Of a stretch of 32,000 nucleotides of DNA, positions 7,135 to 16,229 are shown in pieces (the stretch's first letter is position 1; every line of letters begins with the position of its first letter). This DNA comes from Halomicrobium mukohataei DSM 12286 (lineage in GTDB: Archaea > Halobacteriota > Halobacteria > Halobacteriales > Haloarculaceae). A program made the translations under genes and the position numbers. The notes under the pieces are model-generated. The model did no database searches. It saw nothing but the letters and a program-made list of their open reading frames with translations, and was not told the origin of the DNA. The stretch spans positions 189,863 to 221,862 of the forward strand of contig NC_013201.1 in assembly GCF_000023965.1 (NCBI RefSeq). Reading direction: 5' to 3'.

Positions 7135-8458
7135 GTACGACACCGAATCCCAGGTGACCGATGCACAGCACGCCGCACTGCGGCTGGCGAACGTCGACGA
7201 GGAGACACGCGACGCGGCGCTTGAGTCGATCGCCGACGCCATTCGCGACCACGAGGCCGAGGTCCGCGAGGCCAACGCGACCGACGTGGAGGCCGCGGAA
7301 GCCATGCTCGAACGCGGCGAGTACACCCAGGCGCTCGTCGACCGACTGAAGCTCGACGACGCGAAACTCGACAGCATCGCCGAGATGGTCGAGAGCGTCG
7401 CCGAACGGGAAGATCCCCTCGGTGAGACGCTTGCGGCCCGGGAGCTGGACGAGGACCTCGAACTGTACAAGGTCGCCGTGCCGATCGGCGTCGTCGGCAC
7501 GATCTTCGAGTCGCGGCCGGACGCGCTGGTCCAGATCGCCGCCCTCGCGCTCAAGTCCGGCAACGCCGTCATCCTCAAGGGCGGCAGCGAGGCCAGCGAG
7601 TCCAACCGCGTCCTCTACGAACTCATCCGCGAGGCGACCGCCGAGCTGCCCGACGGCTGGGTCCAGCTCATCGAAGCCCACGAGGAGGTCGACGCGCTGC
7701 TGGAGATGGACGACAAGGTGGACCTGCTGATGCCCCGTGGCTCCTCGGAGTTCGTCTCCTACATCCAGAACAACACCCAGATCCCCGTGCTGGGGCACAC
7801 GGAAGGGGTCTGTCACGTCTACGTCGACGAGGCCGCCGACCTCGAACAGGCCGAGGAGATCGCCTTCGACGCCAAGGTCCAGTACCCGGCGGTCTGTAAC
7901 GCCGTCGAGACGCTGCTGGTCGACGACAGCGTCGCAGAGACGTTCCTGCCGGCCATCGTCGAGCGCTACGAGGCGGCCGGCGTCGAACTCCGCGGTGACG
8001 AGGCGACCCGCGAGATCGTCGACGTGGGCGAGGCGACCGACGACGACTGGGACAGCGAGTACGGCGACCTCGAACTGTCGATCAAGGTCGTCTCGGACGT
8101 GTACGAGGCCGTCGAGCACGTCAACGCTCACGGCTCGAAACACACCGAGTCGATCGTCACGGAGAACGCCGACACCGCCGAGCTGTTCATGACCGGCATC
8201 GACGCCGCGAGCGTCTTCCACAACGCCTCGACGCGCTTTGCCGACGGCTACCGCTACGGCCTCGGCGCGGAGGTCGGCATCTCGACGGGGAAGATTCACG
8301 CTCGCGGCCCGGTCGGCCTGGCCGGGCTGACGACCTACAAGTACTACCTCGAAGGCGACGGCCAGCTCGTGGCCACCTACGCGGGCGACGACGCCAGAGC
8401 CTTCACCCACGAAGCGTTCGACGGCGAGTGGACGCCCGGCCGTCTCGCCGACGAGTAG
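7127..8458 (+). CDS. proA: Glutamate-5-semialdehyde dehydrogenase (gamma-glutamyl phosphate reductase)
   Basis: 443 aa aldehyde-dehydrogenase-type protein with [30 protein letters not shown] and NASTRFADG. Confidence 0.95.
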   Translation: MTEYDTESQVTDAQHAALRLANVDEETRDAALESIADAIRDHEAEVREANATDVEAAEAMLERGEYTQALVDRLKLDDAKLDSIAEMVESVAEREDPLGETLAARELDEDLELYKVAVPIGVVGTIFESRPDALVQIAALALKSGNAVILKGGSEASESNRVLYELIREATAELPDGWVQLIEAHEEVDALLEMDDKVDLLMPRGSSEFVSYIQNNTQIPVLGHTEGVCHVYVDEAADLEQAEEIAFDAKVQYPAVCNAVETLLVDDSVAETFLPAIVERYEAAGVELRGDEATREIVDVGEATDDDWDSEYGDLELSIKVVSDVYEAVEHVNAHGSKHTESIVTENADTAELFMTGIDAASVFHNASTRFADGYRYGLGAEVGISTGKIHARGPVGLAGLTTYKYYLEGDGQLVATYAGDDARAFTHEAFDGEWTPGRLADE

Positions 8459-8572
8459 CGGGACAGTCGCTCTGACAGCGGGGCCCCCTCGGTCGGCCCA
8501 GCGGTCCGGCGTCTATATAGCCCTCACGCCCGGTCGGTACCACGACGTACCGTCCCCACCCGATGATCGCGG

Positions 8573-8603
8573 TATAGAGATATAATATAAAGCACCTTTA
8601 TCG
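8573..8603 (+). promoter_or_regulatory. AT-rich TATA-like promoter block upstream of the ABC operon
   Basis: TATAGAGATATAATATAAAGCACCTTTAT lies 21-51 nt upstream of GTG 8624 in otherwise GC-rich DNA. Confidence 0.45.
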
Positions 8604-8623
8604 GGATTGCCGGACCACCGCGT

Positions 8624-9769
8624 GTGACAGATCACACACGACGCGGGTTCCTGACCGTGGCGGGCTCGGCGACGGCCGCCACGGTCGCAGGGTGTAGCGG
8701 CACCGAAGCCATCGGCGGCGGTGGCGGCGAGACCTACGAGGTCGGCCACGGGGACTACCAGACGACCGTCAGCGAGAGCGACTTCCCCTCGGACAGACTC
8801 TACATCTACGCCGTCCAGACGGGGTGGTCGAACTGGGGTGCCGTCATGGACGCCTTCGACGAGCGGTACGGCGTCGAGCTGAACGACGACCAGCGTACCT
8901 CCGGCGAGGCGCTCACACACATCCGATCGAACGCCGAGAACCCCACCCACTCGGCGTACAACGGCGGCTACTCGTTCGGTATCACCGCCATGGAGGAGGG
9001 GTTCACCACGGACTACAAGCCGGCCAACTGGGACGCCGTTCCGCCGGATCTGAAGACGGACAACGGCCACCTCACCGCGACCCGGCAGATGACGACGGCG
9101 GTCACCTACCGCAAGGACATCTACGAGGAGCGCGGGCTGGGCGAGCCCGAGAGCTGGGAGGACTTCAAACACCCCGACGCCGCCAAGGACTTCTGTGTGA
9201 CCCCGCCCCACTCGGCCAACGGGCTGGCGACGGCGCTGTCGATCAACAACGCCTACGGCGGGACGATGGACGATCTGGGACCGGTCGTCGAGTACTACGA
9301 CGACATCGCCCAGAAGGGGGCAGACGTGCGTCGCAACATCACCGGCGACTTCACCAGCGGCGAGGTCTCGGCGGTCGCTCAGTACGACTACACCGCCCTG
9401 GAGATGAAGTACAACCACGAGGAGGTGCCCGCGGAGAACGTCGGCGTCGCGATCCTGCCCGGCCCCGAGGGCGACGCCGGAGCGATGAACATCCCGTACG
9501 GCTACGGCATGCTCGACGGCGCACCGAATCCGGAGACGGCGAAGTTGTTCATGGACTTCGTTCTCTCACTGGAGGGCCAGCGGCTGTTCTTCGACGCGTT
9601 CGTCCGCCCGATCCGGGCCGGCGAGCTGGAGATGCCAGACGAGTTCCCCGACCAGACGACCTACGAGGCGGCGGAGTTCACCGTCGACCAACTGGATCTC
9701 GTCGAGCGACAGGAGTCCATCATCGATCAGGTGACCTCGGAGTCGGACATTCCCGGCATCCAGGGGTAA
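8624..9769 (+). CDS. ABC transporter substrate-binding lipoprotein (PotD/iron/thiamine-type solute-binding family)
   Basis: Twin-arginine signal with a lipobox (TRRGFLTVAGSATAATVAGCSG), followed by a family-1-like solute-binding body. GTG start. Substrate not assignable from the sequence. Confidence 0.85.
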   Translation: MTDHTRRGFLTVAGSATAATVAGCSGTEAIGGGGGETYEVGHGDYQTTVSESDFPSDRLYIYAVQTGWSNWGAVMDAFDERYGVELNDDQRTSGEALTHIRSNAENPTHSAYNGGYSFGITAMEEGFTTDYKPANWDAVPPDLKTDNGHLTATRQMTTAVTYRKDIYEERGLGEPESWEDFKHPDAAKDFCVTPPHSANGLATALSINNAYGGTMDDLGPVVEYYDDIAQKGADVRRNITGDFTSGEVSAVAQYDYTALEMKYNHEEVPAENVGVAILPGPEGDAGAMNIPYGYGMLDGAPNPETAKLFMDFVLSLEGQRLFFDAFVRPIRAGELEMPDEFPDQTTYEAAEFTVDQLDLVERQESIIDQVTSESDIPGIQG

Positions 9770-9782
9770 CTCGGGGGCAGCT

Positions 9783-10685
9783 ATGAGCACCACCACCTGG
9801 TTCGAACTGTCTGCCGCCAGAGACACCCTCACACCCGAGACCGAGCGCGACCGGCGACGGCGGCGCATCCTCGTCCTGTGTGCGCCCTTCCTCGTCCTGG
9901 CCGCGGTGGCCGCGTTCGTCCCGCTGGCGACGATGATCCGGATGAGCGTCTCCGCGGACCGGTTCGCGAACGTCGGGTTCTCGGTGTCGGCCTGGCGGAC
10001 GCTGGCGACGGACCCGCTGTATCGACGGGTCGCCGTGAACACGCTCTGGTTCGCCGCGGCGACGAGCGCCGTCAGCGTCGCGCTGGGCGTCGCGGTGTCA
10101 CACGCGTTCGCGAAGTACTCGCTACCCTTCGAACGCGTGCTCGTCTCGGTGGTCTCGTTCCCCATCGCGCTCCCCGGAATCGTCGTCGCGTTCATGGTCG
10201 TCGCCCTGCTGGGCCGACAGGGACTTGTGACGAACGCGGTCGCGTTCTTCAGCGGTCAGGGGCCGATCGACCTGGCGACCGCGACGACCGTGACGGGGCT
10301 GTTCGTGGGGTACGTCTACTCGCTGCTCCCGCGGGCGACGATGGTCCTGCGCGGGACTTACGCCGAGGTCAACACCGACGCCGAGCAGGCGGCCAGAGCG
10401 CTCGGTGCCGATCCGCTTCGGACGTTCTACTACGTCACGCTGCCCGAGATCCGTCCCGGGATCGTCGCCGCGTTGTTGCTCACGTTCCGGACGGCACTGG
10501 CGATCTTCGGCACGGTCCTGGTCTTGCAGGGGTTGAACGTCGCGACGCTCCAGCTCAGTCAGGTGATCTCGGTCGGCTACGAGAGCCAGATCGCCGCCAG
10601 CATCGGGCTGGTGTACTTCGCGTTCATCCTCGCGGTCACGTTCGTCGGCCTGCGCTACACCGAAGCGGACGTGATCCGGCGATGA
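9783..10685 (+). CDS. ABC transporter permease
   Basis: 300 aa, about 6 TM segments. Binding-protein-dependent permease EAA-type loop (AEQAARALGADPLRTFYYVTLPEIRPG). Confidence 0.88.
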   Translation: MSTTTWFELSAARDTLTPETERDRRRRRILVLCAPFLVLAAVAAFVPLATMIRMSVSADRFANVGFSVSAWRTLATDPLYRRVAVNTLWFAAATSAVSVALGVAVSHAFAKYSLPFERVLVSVVSFPIALPGIVVAFMVVALLGRQGLVTNAVAFFSGQGPIDLATATTVTGLFVGYVYSLLPRATMVLRGTYAEVNTDAEQAARALGADPLRTFYYVTLPEIRPGIVAALLLTFRTALAIFGTVLVLQGLNVATLQLSQVISVGYESQIAASIGLVYFAFILAVTFVGLRYTEADVIRR

Positions 10686-11500
10686 CGACGCTCCGGACGC
10701 CCCAGTCGCTCGGGAAGGCCGCGGTCACGCTGGTGACGGGACTCGTCCTCGCGGTACTCGTGGTCCCGATCGCGGTGACGTTCGTCTCCTCGTTCGCACA
10801 GTCGGCCACCGGTGTCGTTCCCACCGGCTTCGTCACCGCCGAACACTGGCGGACGGCGCTCGGCCTGACCGACGTGGGCGCGCGCAGAGGGATCGGCTCC
10901 GGCCTGTGGTTCAGCGTCCTCCTGGCGACCGGCGGGATGGTCGTCAACCTCGTCGTCGGCGTGCCGATCGCCTACGCGCTGACCCGCTACGAGTTCCGGG
11001 GCCGAGAGTGGCTGAACACGCTCGCGGTCCTGCCGCTCGTGCCGGGGATCATCCTCGGAATCGCGTTCCTGCGAACCTATCCCGACAACGCCGGGACGGC
11101 CTTCGGACTCGTCGTCGGCTACGCGCTGCTGAAGTCGCCGTACATGGTGTTGACCGTCCAGAGCGCGTTCCAGTCGATGGATCTCCGCCAACTCGAAGAG
11201 AGCGCCCGCTCGCTCGGAGCGTCGTGGCCCCGAACGTTCGTCACCGTCATCGTCCCCAACGCCAGGGGCGGGATCCTCGCGGGCTCGATCATCACGTGGA
11301 CGCTGGCCGCTGCGGAGTTCAACTTCACCTACATGGTGTACACCCGCGGCCCACGGCCCTTCTCGCTGTTTCTCTACGAGAACATCAGTCGCGCTCCGTT
11401 CCTGCAGTCGGCGGCGGCCATCTCGATGTACTTCTGTCTCGTCGTCGCCGCCATCCTCGTGCTACAGACCGTCGGCCGACACGGATTCACTACGACATGA
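10682..11500 (+). CDS. ABC transporter permease (second subunit)
   Basis: It starts at the ATGA overlap with the upstream stop. EAA-type loop LEESARSLGASWPRTFVTVIVPNARGG. The 540-aa ORF 9878..11500 is real only from residue 269. Confidence 0.85.
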   Translation: MTTLRTPQSLGKAAVTLVTGLVLAVLVVPIAVTFVSSFAQSATGVVPTGFVTAEHWRTALGLTDVGARRGIGSGLWFSVLLATGGMVVNLVVGVPIAYALTRYEFRGREWLNTLAVLPLVPGIILGIAFLRTYPDNAGTAFGLVVGYALLKSPYMVLTVQSAFQSMDLRQLEESARSLGASWPRTFVTVIVPNARGGILAGSIITWTLAAAEFNFTYMVYTRGPRPFSLFLYENISRAPFLQSAAAISMYFCLVVAAILVLQTVGRHGFTTT

Positions 11501-11533
11501 ACGCTCGAACACACACTCACGGGAGGCAGACGC

Positions 11534-12559
11534 ATGGTCGCCGTTGAACTCGACGGCGTGGGCAAGACCTACGGCGACGAGGTCGCGGTCGAGGGGCTCG
11601 ACCTGACCGTCGCCGACGGCGAGATCCTCGGCGTCGTCGGCCCCTCGGGCTGTGGCAAGACGACGACGCTGCGGACGATCGCCGGCTTCGAGACGCCGAC
11701 GGCCGGTCGGGTCCGGTTCGCCGACGAGGACGTGACCCACGTCCCACCAGAGCGGCGAAACGTCGGGCTCGTGTTCCAGTCGTACGCGCTGTTCGACAAC
11801 ATGAGCGTCCTCGCGAACGTGGCGTTCGGCCCGAAGATGCAAGGCGTCGAGAAGACCGAGCGACGGGACCGCGCCATGGAGCTGCTGGAGCTGCTCGACA
11901 TCGCCGAACTCGCCGACAGAGCGCCCGAAACCCTCTCCGGCGGACAACAGCAGCGGGTCGGGCTGGCGCGTGCGCTCGCGATCGAGCCGAACATCCTCCT
12001 GCTGGACGAGCCCATGACGGGGCTGGACGCCAAGCTCAAGGATCGGCTCCGGCGCGAGATCGGGAGCCTGCTCGACGAACTGGGCGTCACCGCGCTGTAC
12101 GTGACCCACGACCAGGAGGAGGCGATGGCGATGTGTGACCGGATCGCGGTGCTGAACGACGGCCGCCTGGAACAGGTCGGAACGCCTCGCGAGATCTACG
12201 AGTCGCCCGCAAACGAGTTCGTCGCCGGATTCGTCGGCTCGGCGAACCTACTCGACGCACAGCTCGACGACGGCACGGTCGATCTGGGGTTTACGCGGCT
12301 GCACGCGGTCACGGACGACACGAGCGGGAACGCGACGGTCGTGGTCCGACCCGACGACATCGCGGTCGGCAGCGGTTCGATCCCGGTGACGATCCGGGAG
12401 TACCAGTACCTCGGTGAGACGACCAGCGCCGTCGGCGAGTTGCCCGACGGACAGCAGTTGCGCTTGCGCCTGAACGGCACCGCCGAGGAGACGACCGTCG
12501 GGACCACGGTTTCGGTCGCGATCGACCCCGACGGCGTCGCCGTCGTCGACACCGCCTGA
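11534..12559 (+). CDS. ABC transporter ATP-binding protein (PotA/FbpC-like with a C-terminal TOBE-type domain)
   Basis: Walker A GPSGCGKTT, signature LSGGQQQRV, Walker B LLLDEP and H-loop VTHDQ. Confidence 0.95.
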   Translation: MVAVELDGVGKTYGDEVAVEGLDLTVADGEILGVVGPSGCGKTTTLRTIAGFETPTAGRVRFADEDVTHVPPERRNVGLVFQSYALFDNMSVLANVAFGPKMQGVEKTERRDRAMELLELLDIAELADRAPETLSGGQQQRVGLARALAIEPNILLLDEPMTGLDAKLKDRLRREIGSLLDELGVTALYVTHDQEEAMAMCDRIAVLNDGRLEQVGTPREIYESPANEFVAGFVGSANLLDAQLDDGTVDLGFTRLHAVTDDTSGNATVVVRPDDIAVGSGSIPVTIREYQYLGETTSAVGELPDGQQLRLRLNGTAEETTVGTTVSVAIDPDGVAVVDTA

Positions 12560-12578
12560 TACGGAAAGTCGTCGTTGC

Positions 12579-12619
12579 GTACCGGTGAGCGTCTCTCCCG
12601 TGGCGACGTTCACCGGTAC
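12579..12619 (+). terminator. Strong hairpin 20 nt after the ABC ATPase stop: 15-bp stem (one G-U pair) with an 11-nt loop
   Basis: GTACCGGTGAGCGTC-tctcccgtggc-GACGTTCACCGGTAC, paired by hand. There is no T-tract after it, so a terminator role is uncertain. Confidence 0.5.
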
Positions 12620-12826
12620 ATTGCTACAACCGTCCGTATGACTGCGCGCGGACAGGCGCGTCAGGGCAGGTCGGTCGCGAGGAAGTTCACGAGACGGTCC
12701 AGACACTCGATTGTTCCGTCTTCGGTCTCGGAGCCTTCCTCGTCTCGTGTCACGGGCCGAGCTACGCCGGCCCGAGGTATACGTTGTGCTGTCGTGAGGC
12801 CGGAAGTCAGCGGAGCGTTACAAATC

Positions 12827-12848
12827 AGCTTAGCTTAGTAGCTAAGCT
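12827..12848. repeat. AT-rich perfect 9-bp inverted repeat AGCTTAGCT-tagt-AGCTAAGCT followed by ATATTTTAT
   Basis: Read directly. It lies at the 3' boundary of the SDR remnant. Confidence 0.8.
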
Positions 12849-12857
12849 ATATTTTAT

Positions 12858-12998
12858 CGGACCGTCGGCCGGGAGGGCGTGGCCGGTAACGAACGACGCC
12901 TCGTCGGAGCACAGCCAGACGATGGTCTGGTTCACGTCGAGGACACGCTCGCACTCGTCTTCGTCGATCTCCGGGAGCGTCGCCGACTCCCACCCCGG
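12858..12998 (-). pseudogene. Remnant of a short-chain dehydrogenase/reductase (SDR), 5'-truncated and internally deleted
   Basis: Minus-strand translation gives PGWESATLPEIDEDECERVLDVNQT|IVWLCSDEASFVTGHALPADG. The first part resembles the post-NNAG region of SDRs. It joins directly to the SDR C-terminal LxSDxASxxTGxxxxxDGG region, so the catalytic core is missing. There is no start codon and an in-frame stop lies at 12999-13001. Confidence 0.55.
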
Positions 12999-13037
12999 TC
13001 AGTACGCTTATGAGCCACTGTCCGTAACTCCCCGGCG

Positions 13038-14492
13038 ATGCCCTCCACGAGCAGTGAGCACCTGCCGACAGCGGCGGGGTTCGTTCCGGTCGCCCTCGCG
13101 AATCTGGTCCCGCTGGTCGGTGTCGTCCGACTGGGCTGGGAGCCAGAAACGCTGGTGATCGTCTACACGCTGGAAGTGCTGTTCGCGTTCCCGCTGGCGG
13201 GCGTGAAGGCGTTGTTCGCACAGCAACCGCCGCGGACCGACCACGAGGGGTCGACCGTGATCAGCGTTTCGGACGAGCTGACCCGAAAGCGCGGGAGCGT
13301 CACGGTGGTCCCGTGGCTGCCGCCGGTCTACCCGCGGAACGTGCCCTTCGCCCTCGCCGTCGGCGGTGTCGCCGCGTGGTTCGGGATCGCCATCGGCGTC
13401 GTGGTCAACGAGACGATCCCGATCACCGCGGTCGTCAGCCGCCCCGAGGTCCTGTTGAGTGTCGGCACACTGGTCGTCGGCCAGACCGTCGAGACCTGGC
13501 GGGACTTGCGGAACGGACACCACGAGACGACCACGCCGTACGCGGTGATCGAGACGCCGGCCCGGCAGGCGTTTTTCCTGGCGTTCGTCCTGTTCGTCGT
13601 CCCGGTGACGGCCGTGGCCGGCACGGGTGCGACGCTTGGCGTGTTCGTCGTCGTCAAGATCCTCGTGGAGTGGTCGGGCTATCGAGCGAGCCACGGCGAC
13701 GGCGGGCGACTTACCGGGTGGCTCTCCGGACCCGACGAGTCGGGCCGTGAGCGAGAGGTCGACGGCGTGCCCAAGGGTGAGCCCGACGCGCGCGTTCGGA
13801 CGGACGACCGCGCGGTGCTGTACACCGGCGCACTCCGGGCGCTGAGTGAGCGAGCCCCCGTCTACGCGACGTCCTTCGTCATCGTCTGGCTCTTCTCGCT
13901 CGTGATCCTCGGCGGGGAGGAGCCGTCCCGAGAAGTCGCGCTCGGCTCCGGTCTCGTCCTGGTCTGTCTGTTCGTCGCGCTCCTGGCGTTGCGTGTCGGG
14001 ACGTTCTACCTCAGGTACGGGCCGCTCGAATACCGTCGGTACGACGACCGAATCGTGGCGTACGACAGCCTGCTCGACGAGCCCCAGTGGTGGGCCTCGA
14101 TCGGGTCGCTGCGCGACGCCGAGGTCGCGTCCGATCGGCTCCCAGACCGGCTGCTGGGGACGCGCACGGTCTCGCTGGCGGCGGGCTGGGGCGACGATCC
14201 GCGGCGCTCGCTCGGACCCGTCGCCGACGCCGAGGCCCTCGTGACGGCGTTCGACCTGCCCGTCAGGACGACGGCACTCGCGCCCATCGATCGGCGGGTA
14301 GCCGCCGTCGTCGCGGGCTGTGTCGGCGTGATCGTCCTCGCTCCAGTGGCCGTCGTGCTCGTGCCGGCACTGTCCTCGTCGACGGCGCTGCTGTACGGGG
14401 TGTTCGTGCTGCCGTTCGCCACCCTCACGCTGCGGGGACTCTGGAAACGAGCGTATCCAGAGTCGAGCACAGCGGCCGGGAGCGACGTGTAG
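13038..14492 (+). CDS. Multi-pass membrane protein with a C-terminal bacterial-PH (YdbS/YdbT-like) segment; function unknown
   Basis: 484 aa with many TM helices. The segment FYLRYGPLEYRRYDDRIVAYD...LLGTRTVSL resembles membrane-flanked bPH domains. Codon usage matches the neighbouring genes. Confidence 0.7.
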   Translation: MPSTSSEHLPTAAGFVPVALANLVPLVGVVRLGWEPETLVIVYTLEVLFAFPLAGVKALFAQQPPRTDHEGSTVISVSDELTRKRGSVTVVPWLPPVYPRNVPFALAVGGVAAWFGIAIGVVVNETIPITAVVSRPEVLLSVGTLVVGQTVETWRDLRNGHHETTTPYAVIETPARQAFFLAFVLFVVPVTAVAGTGATLGVFVVVKILVEWSGYRASHGDGGRLTGWLSGPDESGREREVDGVPKGEPDARVRTDDRAVLYTGALRALSERAPVYATSFVIVWLFSLVILGGEEPSREVALGSGLVLVCLFVALLALRVGTFYLRYGPLEYRRYDDRIVAYDSLLDEPQWWASIGSLRDAEVASDRLPDRLLGTRTVSLAAGWGDDPRRSLGPVADAEALVTAFDLPVRTTALAPIDRRVAAVVAGCVGVIVLAPVAVVLVPALSSSTALLYGVFVLPFATLTLRGLWKRAYPESSTAAGSDV

Positions 14493-14599
14493 CGACAGCG
14501 GTGTGACTCGACCGGCTCGCCACGTCGTGGCGTCGACCGAGCGGACGGCCCACGGAGCGGCGGTACGTTCATACTCCAGACGGGCGAATCGGGAACACT

Positions 14600-15466
14600 G
14601 TGTTCGACGACATCCTCGTTCCGACGGACGGCAGTACCTGTGCAGCGGTCGCGCTCAGCGCCGCCGAAGAGGTAGCGAAGCGATACGGAGCGACGATTCA
14701 TCTCCTGTCCGTGGCCGATTCACGGATCGAGGACCACACCGTCGGCGACGAGAGTCAGCACGCGGCACACGAGACGATCGTTCGCGACGCCAGCGAGGAT
14801 CTCTCGGCAGAGATCGGCGTCGTAGAAGCAGTCGAGCGGGGACTGCCACACGAGGTGATCGTAGAGTACGCCGACGAGGCGTCGGTCGACCTCGTGGTCA
14901 TGGGCACGCACGGGCGGACCGGCGTCCAGCGATACGTGCTGGGCAGCGTCACCGAGAAGGTGCTCCGGCTGGCCGAGACGCCCGTGCTCACGGTCCGGGA
15001 AGCGGACGCCGACGAGCGCCCGACGCCCTTCGAAGACGTGCTGATCCCGACCGACGGCAGCGACGCCGCGAACGCGGCGATCGGTCCGGCCCTCGACATC
15101 GCCGGTGCGTACGACGCCAGCGTCCACGCGCTCTCGGCGATAGAGCCGCTGTCGATGGGCGTCGATGTTCGGTCACACGTCATCGTGGAGGCACTCGAAG
15201 AACGGGCCCAGTCGGCCGTCGACGACGTGGCCGAGCGAGCCGCGAACGCGTCGCTCGGACCGATCGAAACCGCCGTCGAGTTCGGCGATCCGTACCGACA
15301 GATCAGGACCTACGTCGAGGAGAACGACATCGATCTGGTCGTCATGGGCACCCACGGCCGAAGCGGCGTCGAGCGGTTCCTGCTGGGCAGTGTCACCGAA
15401 AAGCTCGTCCGAACGTCGTCGGCTCCCGTGATGACCGTGAGACGGCCAGAGAACAGCGGGAGTTAG
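14600..15466 (+). CDS. Universal stress protein, tandem UspA domains
   Basis: Two repeats of the pattern ILVPTDGS ... [14 protein letters not shown] ... LGSVTEKV ... PVLTV/PVMTV. GTG start. Confidence 0.9.
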   Translation: MFDDILVPTDGSTCAAVALSAAEEVAKRYGATIHLLSVADSRIEDHTVGDESQHAAHETIVRDASEDLSAEIGVVEAVERGLPHEVIVEYADEASVDLVVMGTHGRTGVQRYVLGSVTEKVLRLAETPVLTVREADADERPTPFEDVLIPTDGSDAANAAIGPALDIAGAYDASVHALSAIEPLSMGVDVRSHVIVEALEERAQSAVDDVAERAANASLGPIETAVEFGDPYRQIRTYVEENDIDLVVMGTHGRSGVERFLLGSVTEKLVRTSSAPVMTVRRPENSGS

Positions 15467-15580
15467 CGACAGTTTCGCCGCTTTTACACTCATTTTAGAC
15501 AGATCAGACACATAAATAGATGTCTGTGACCAATTAGACGTATTCTTACTTGGTACTCGTCTTCTGAAGCCGTATCGCCG

Positions 15581-16015
15581 TTAGACTTCTGTCCGCCCGG
15601 TCAGTTCGTCGGGAACGAGCCGGTAGAACTCGAACGACACTTCTCGGAGTGGTCGCTCGAAGATGTCCACCAGCGGGATGTCGACGTGTTCGAGTCCTTC
15701 CAGCGTCTCGGTCTCGATACCCTCGCGCTCGACGTCTTCGAGTCTGCCGCGGGCGACCACGCTCTGCCAGTCCCCGGACTCCTCCCGATACGTGACGAAC
15801 GACGCCGGCCGGTCGTCGAGATCGCCTTTCGTGGTGTCGACGCCCACGGCCAGTCGGAAGTAGAACGTACTGGCCGCCGCGTCGTACCCGTACGACACCG
15901 GGATCGAGTACGGTGGCTCGTCCCCGGAAGCGAGCGAGAGGACGCCCGTCCCGCCGCTGTCGAGGATCTCGTCGCGCTCCGCGGCCGACATACTGACCGG
16001 AGTGTCTTTCGCCAT
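15581..16015 (-). CDS. Pyridoxamine 5'-phosphate oxidase-like (split-barrel FMN/F420-binding) family protein
   Basis: 144 aa counted from MAKDTPVSMSAAERDEILDSGGTGVLSLASGDEPPYSIPVSYGYD, the typical N-terminal pattern of the PNPOx-like family. The internal ATG 16015 is preferred over the ORF start 16102 because a TATA-like CACTTATTG lies about 25-33 nt upstream. Confidence 0.75.
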   Translation of the reverse strand: MAKDTPVSMSAAERDEILDSGGTGVLSLASGDEPPYSIPVSYGYDAAASTFYFRLAVGVDTTKGDLDDRPASFVTYREESGDWQSVVARGRLEDVEREGIETETLEGLEHVDIPLVDIFERPLREVSFEFYRLVPDELTGRTEV

Positions 16016-16229
16016 GATTGACAGGACGGCGGGGAACACAATAAGTGCACTGTCGGTGGGGTCGCTGTCGCACGCGAGGAGCGCCGAGCAATGGGTCGCC
16101 ACAGCGGGATCGGACCAGAGTTACTACCGCCGGCTGTACATCTGCGAACGCTTTCCCCACCCCTGGGTGGTGAGTATCGTCACGAAGTGACAGCCAACAG
16201 TATAAGCCCCAGCGGAGCGAATAGTCGGT

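Noticed and set aside
8459-8623. A possible riboswitch (for example TPP) in the 165-nt leader region before the ABC substrate-binding protein gene.
   Set aside because: I could not find the conserved TPP-riboswitch cores (CUGAGA / ACCUGAUCUGGAUAAUGCCAGCG-like) or any other riboswitch signature I recognise. The AT-rich blocks are better explained as promoter elements.
9878-11500. A 540-aa ORF suggests one large protein spanning both permease genes.
   Set aside because: The first 268 residues are an Arg-rich out-of-frame shadow of the first permease (9783..10685). The real product starts at ATG 10682, at an ATGA overlap with the upstream stop.
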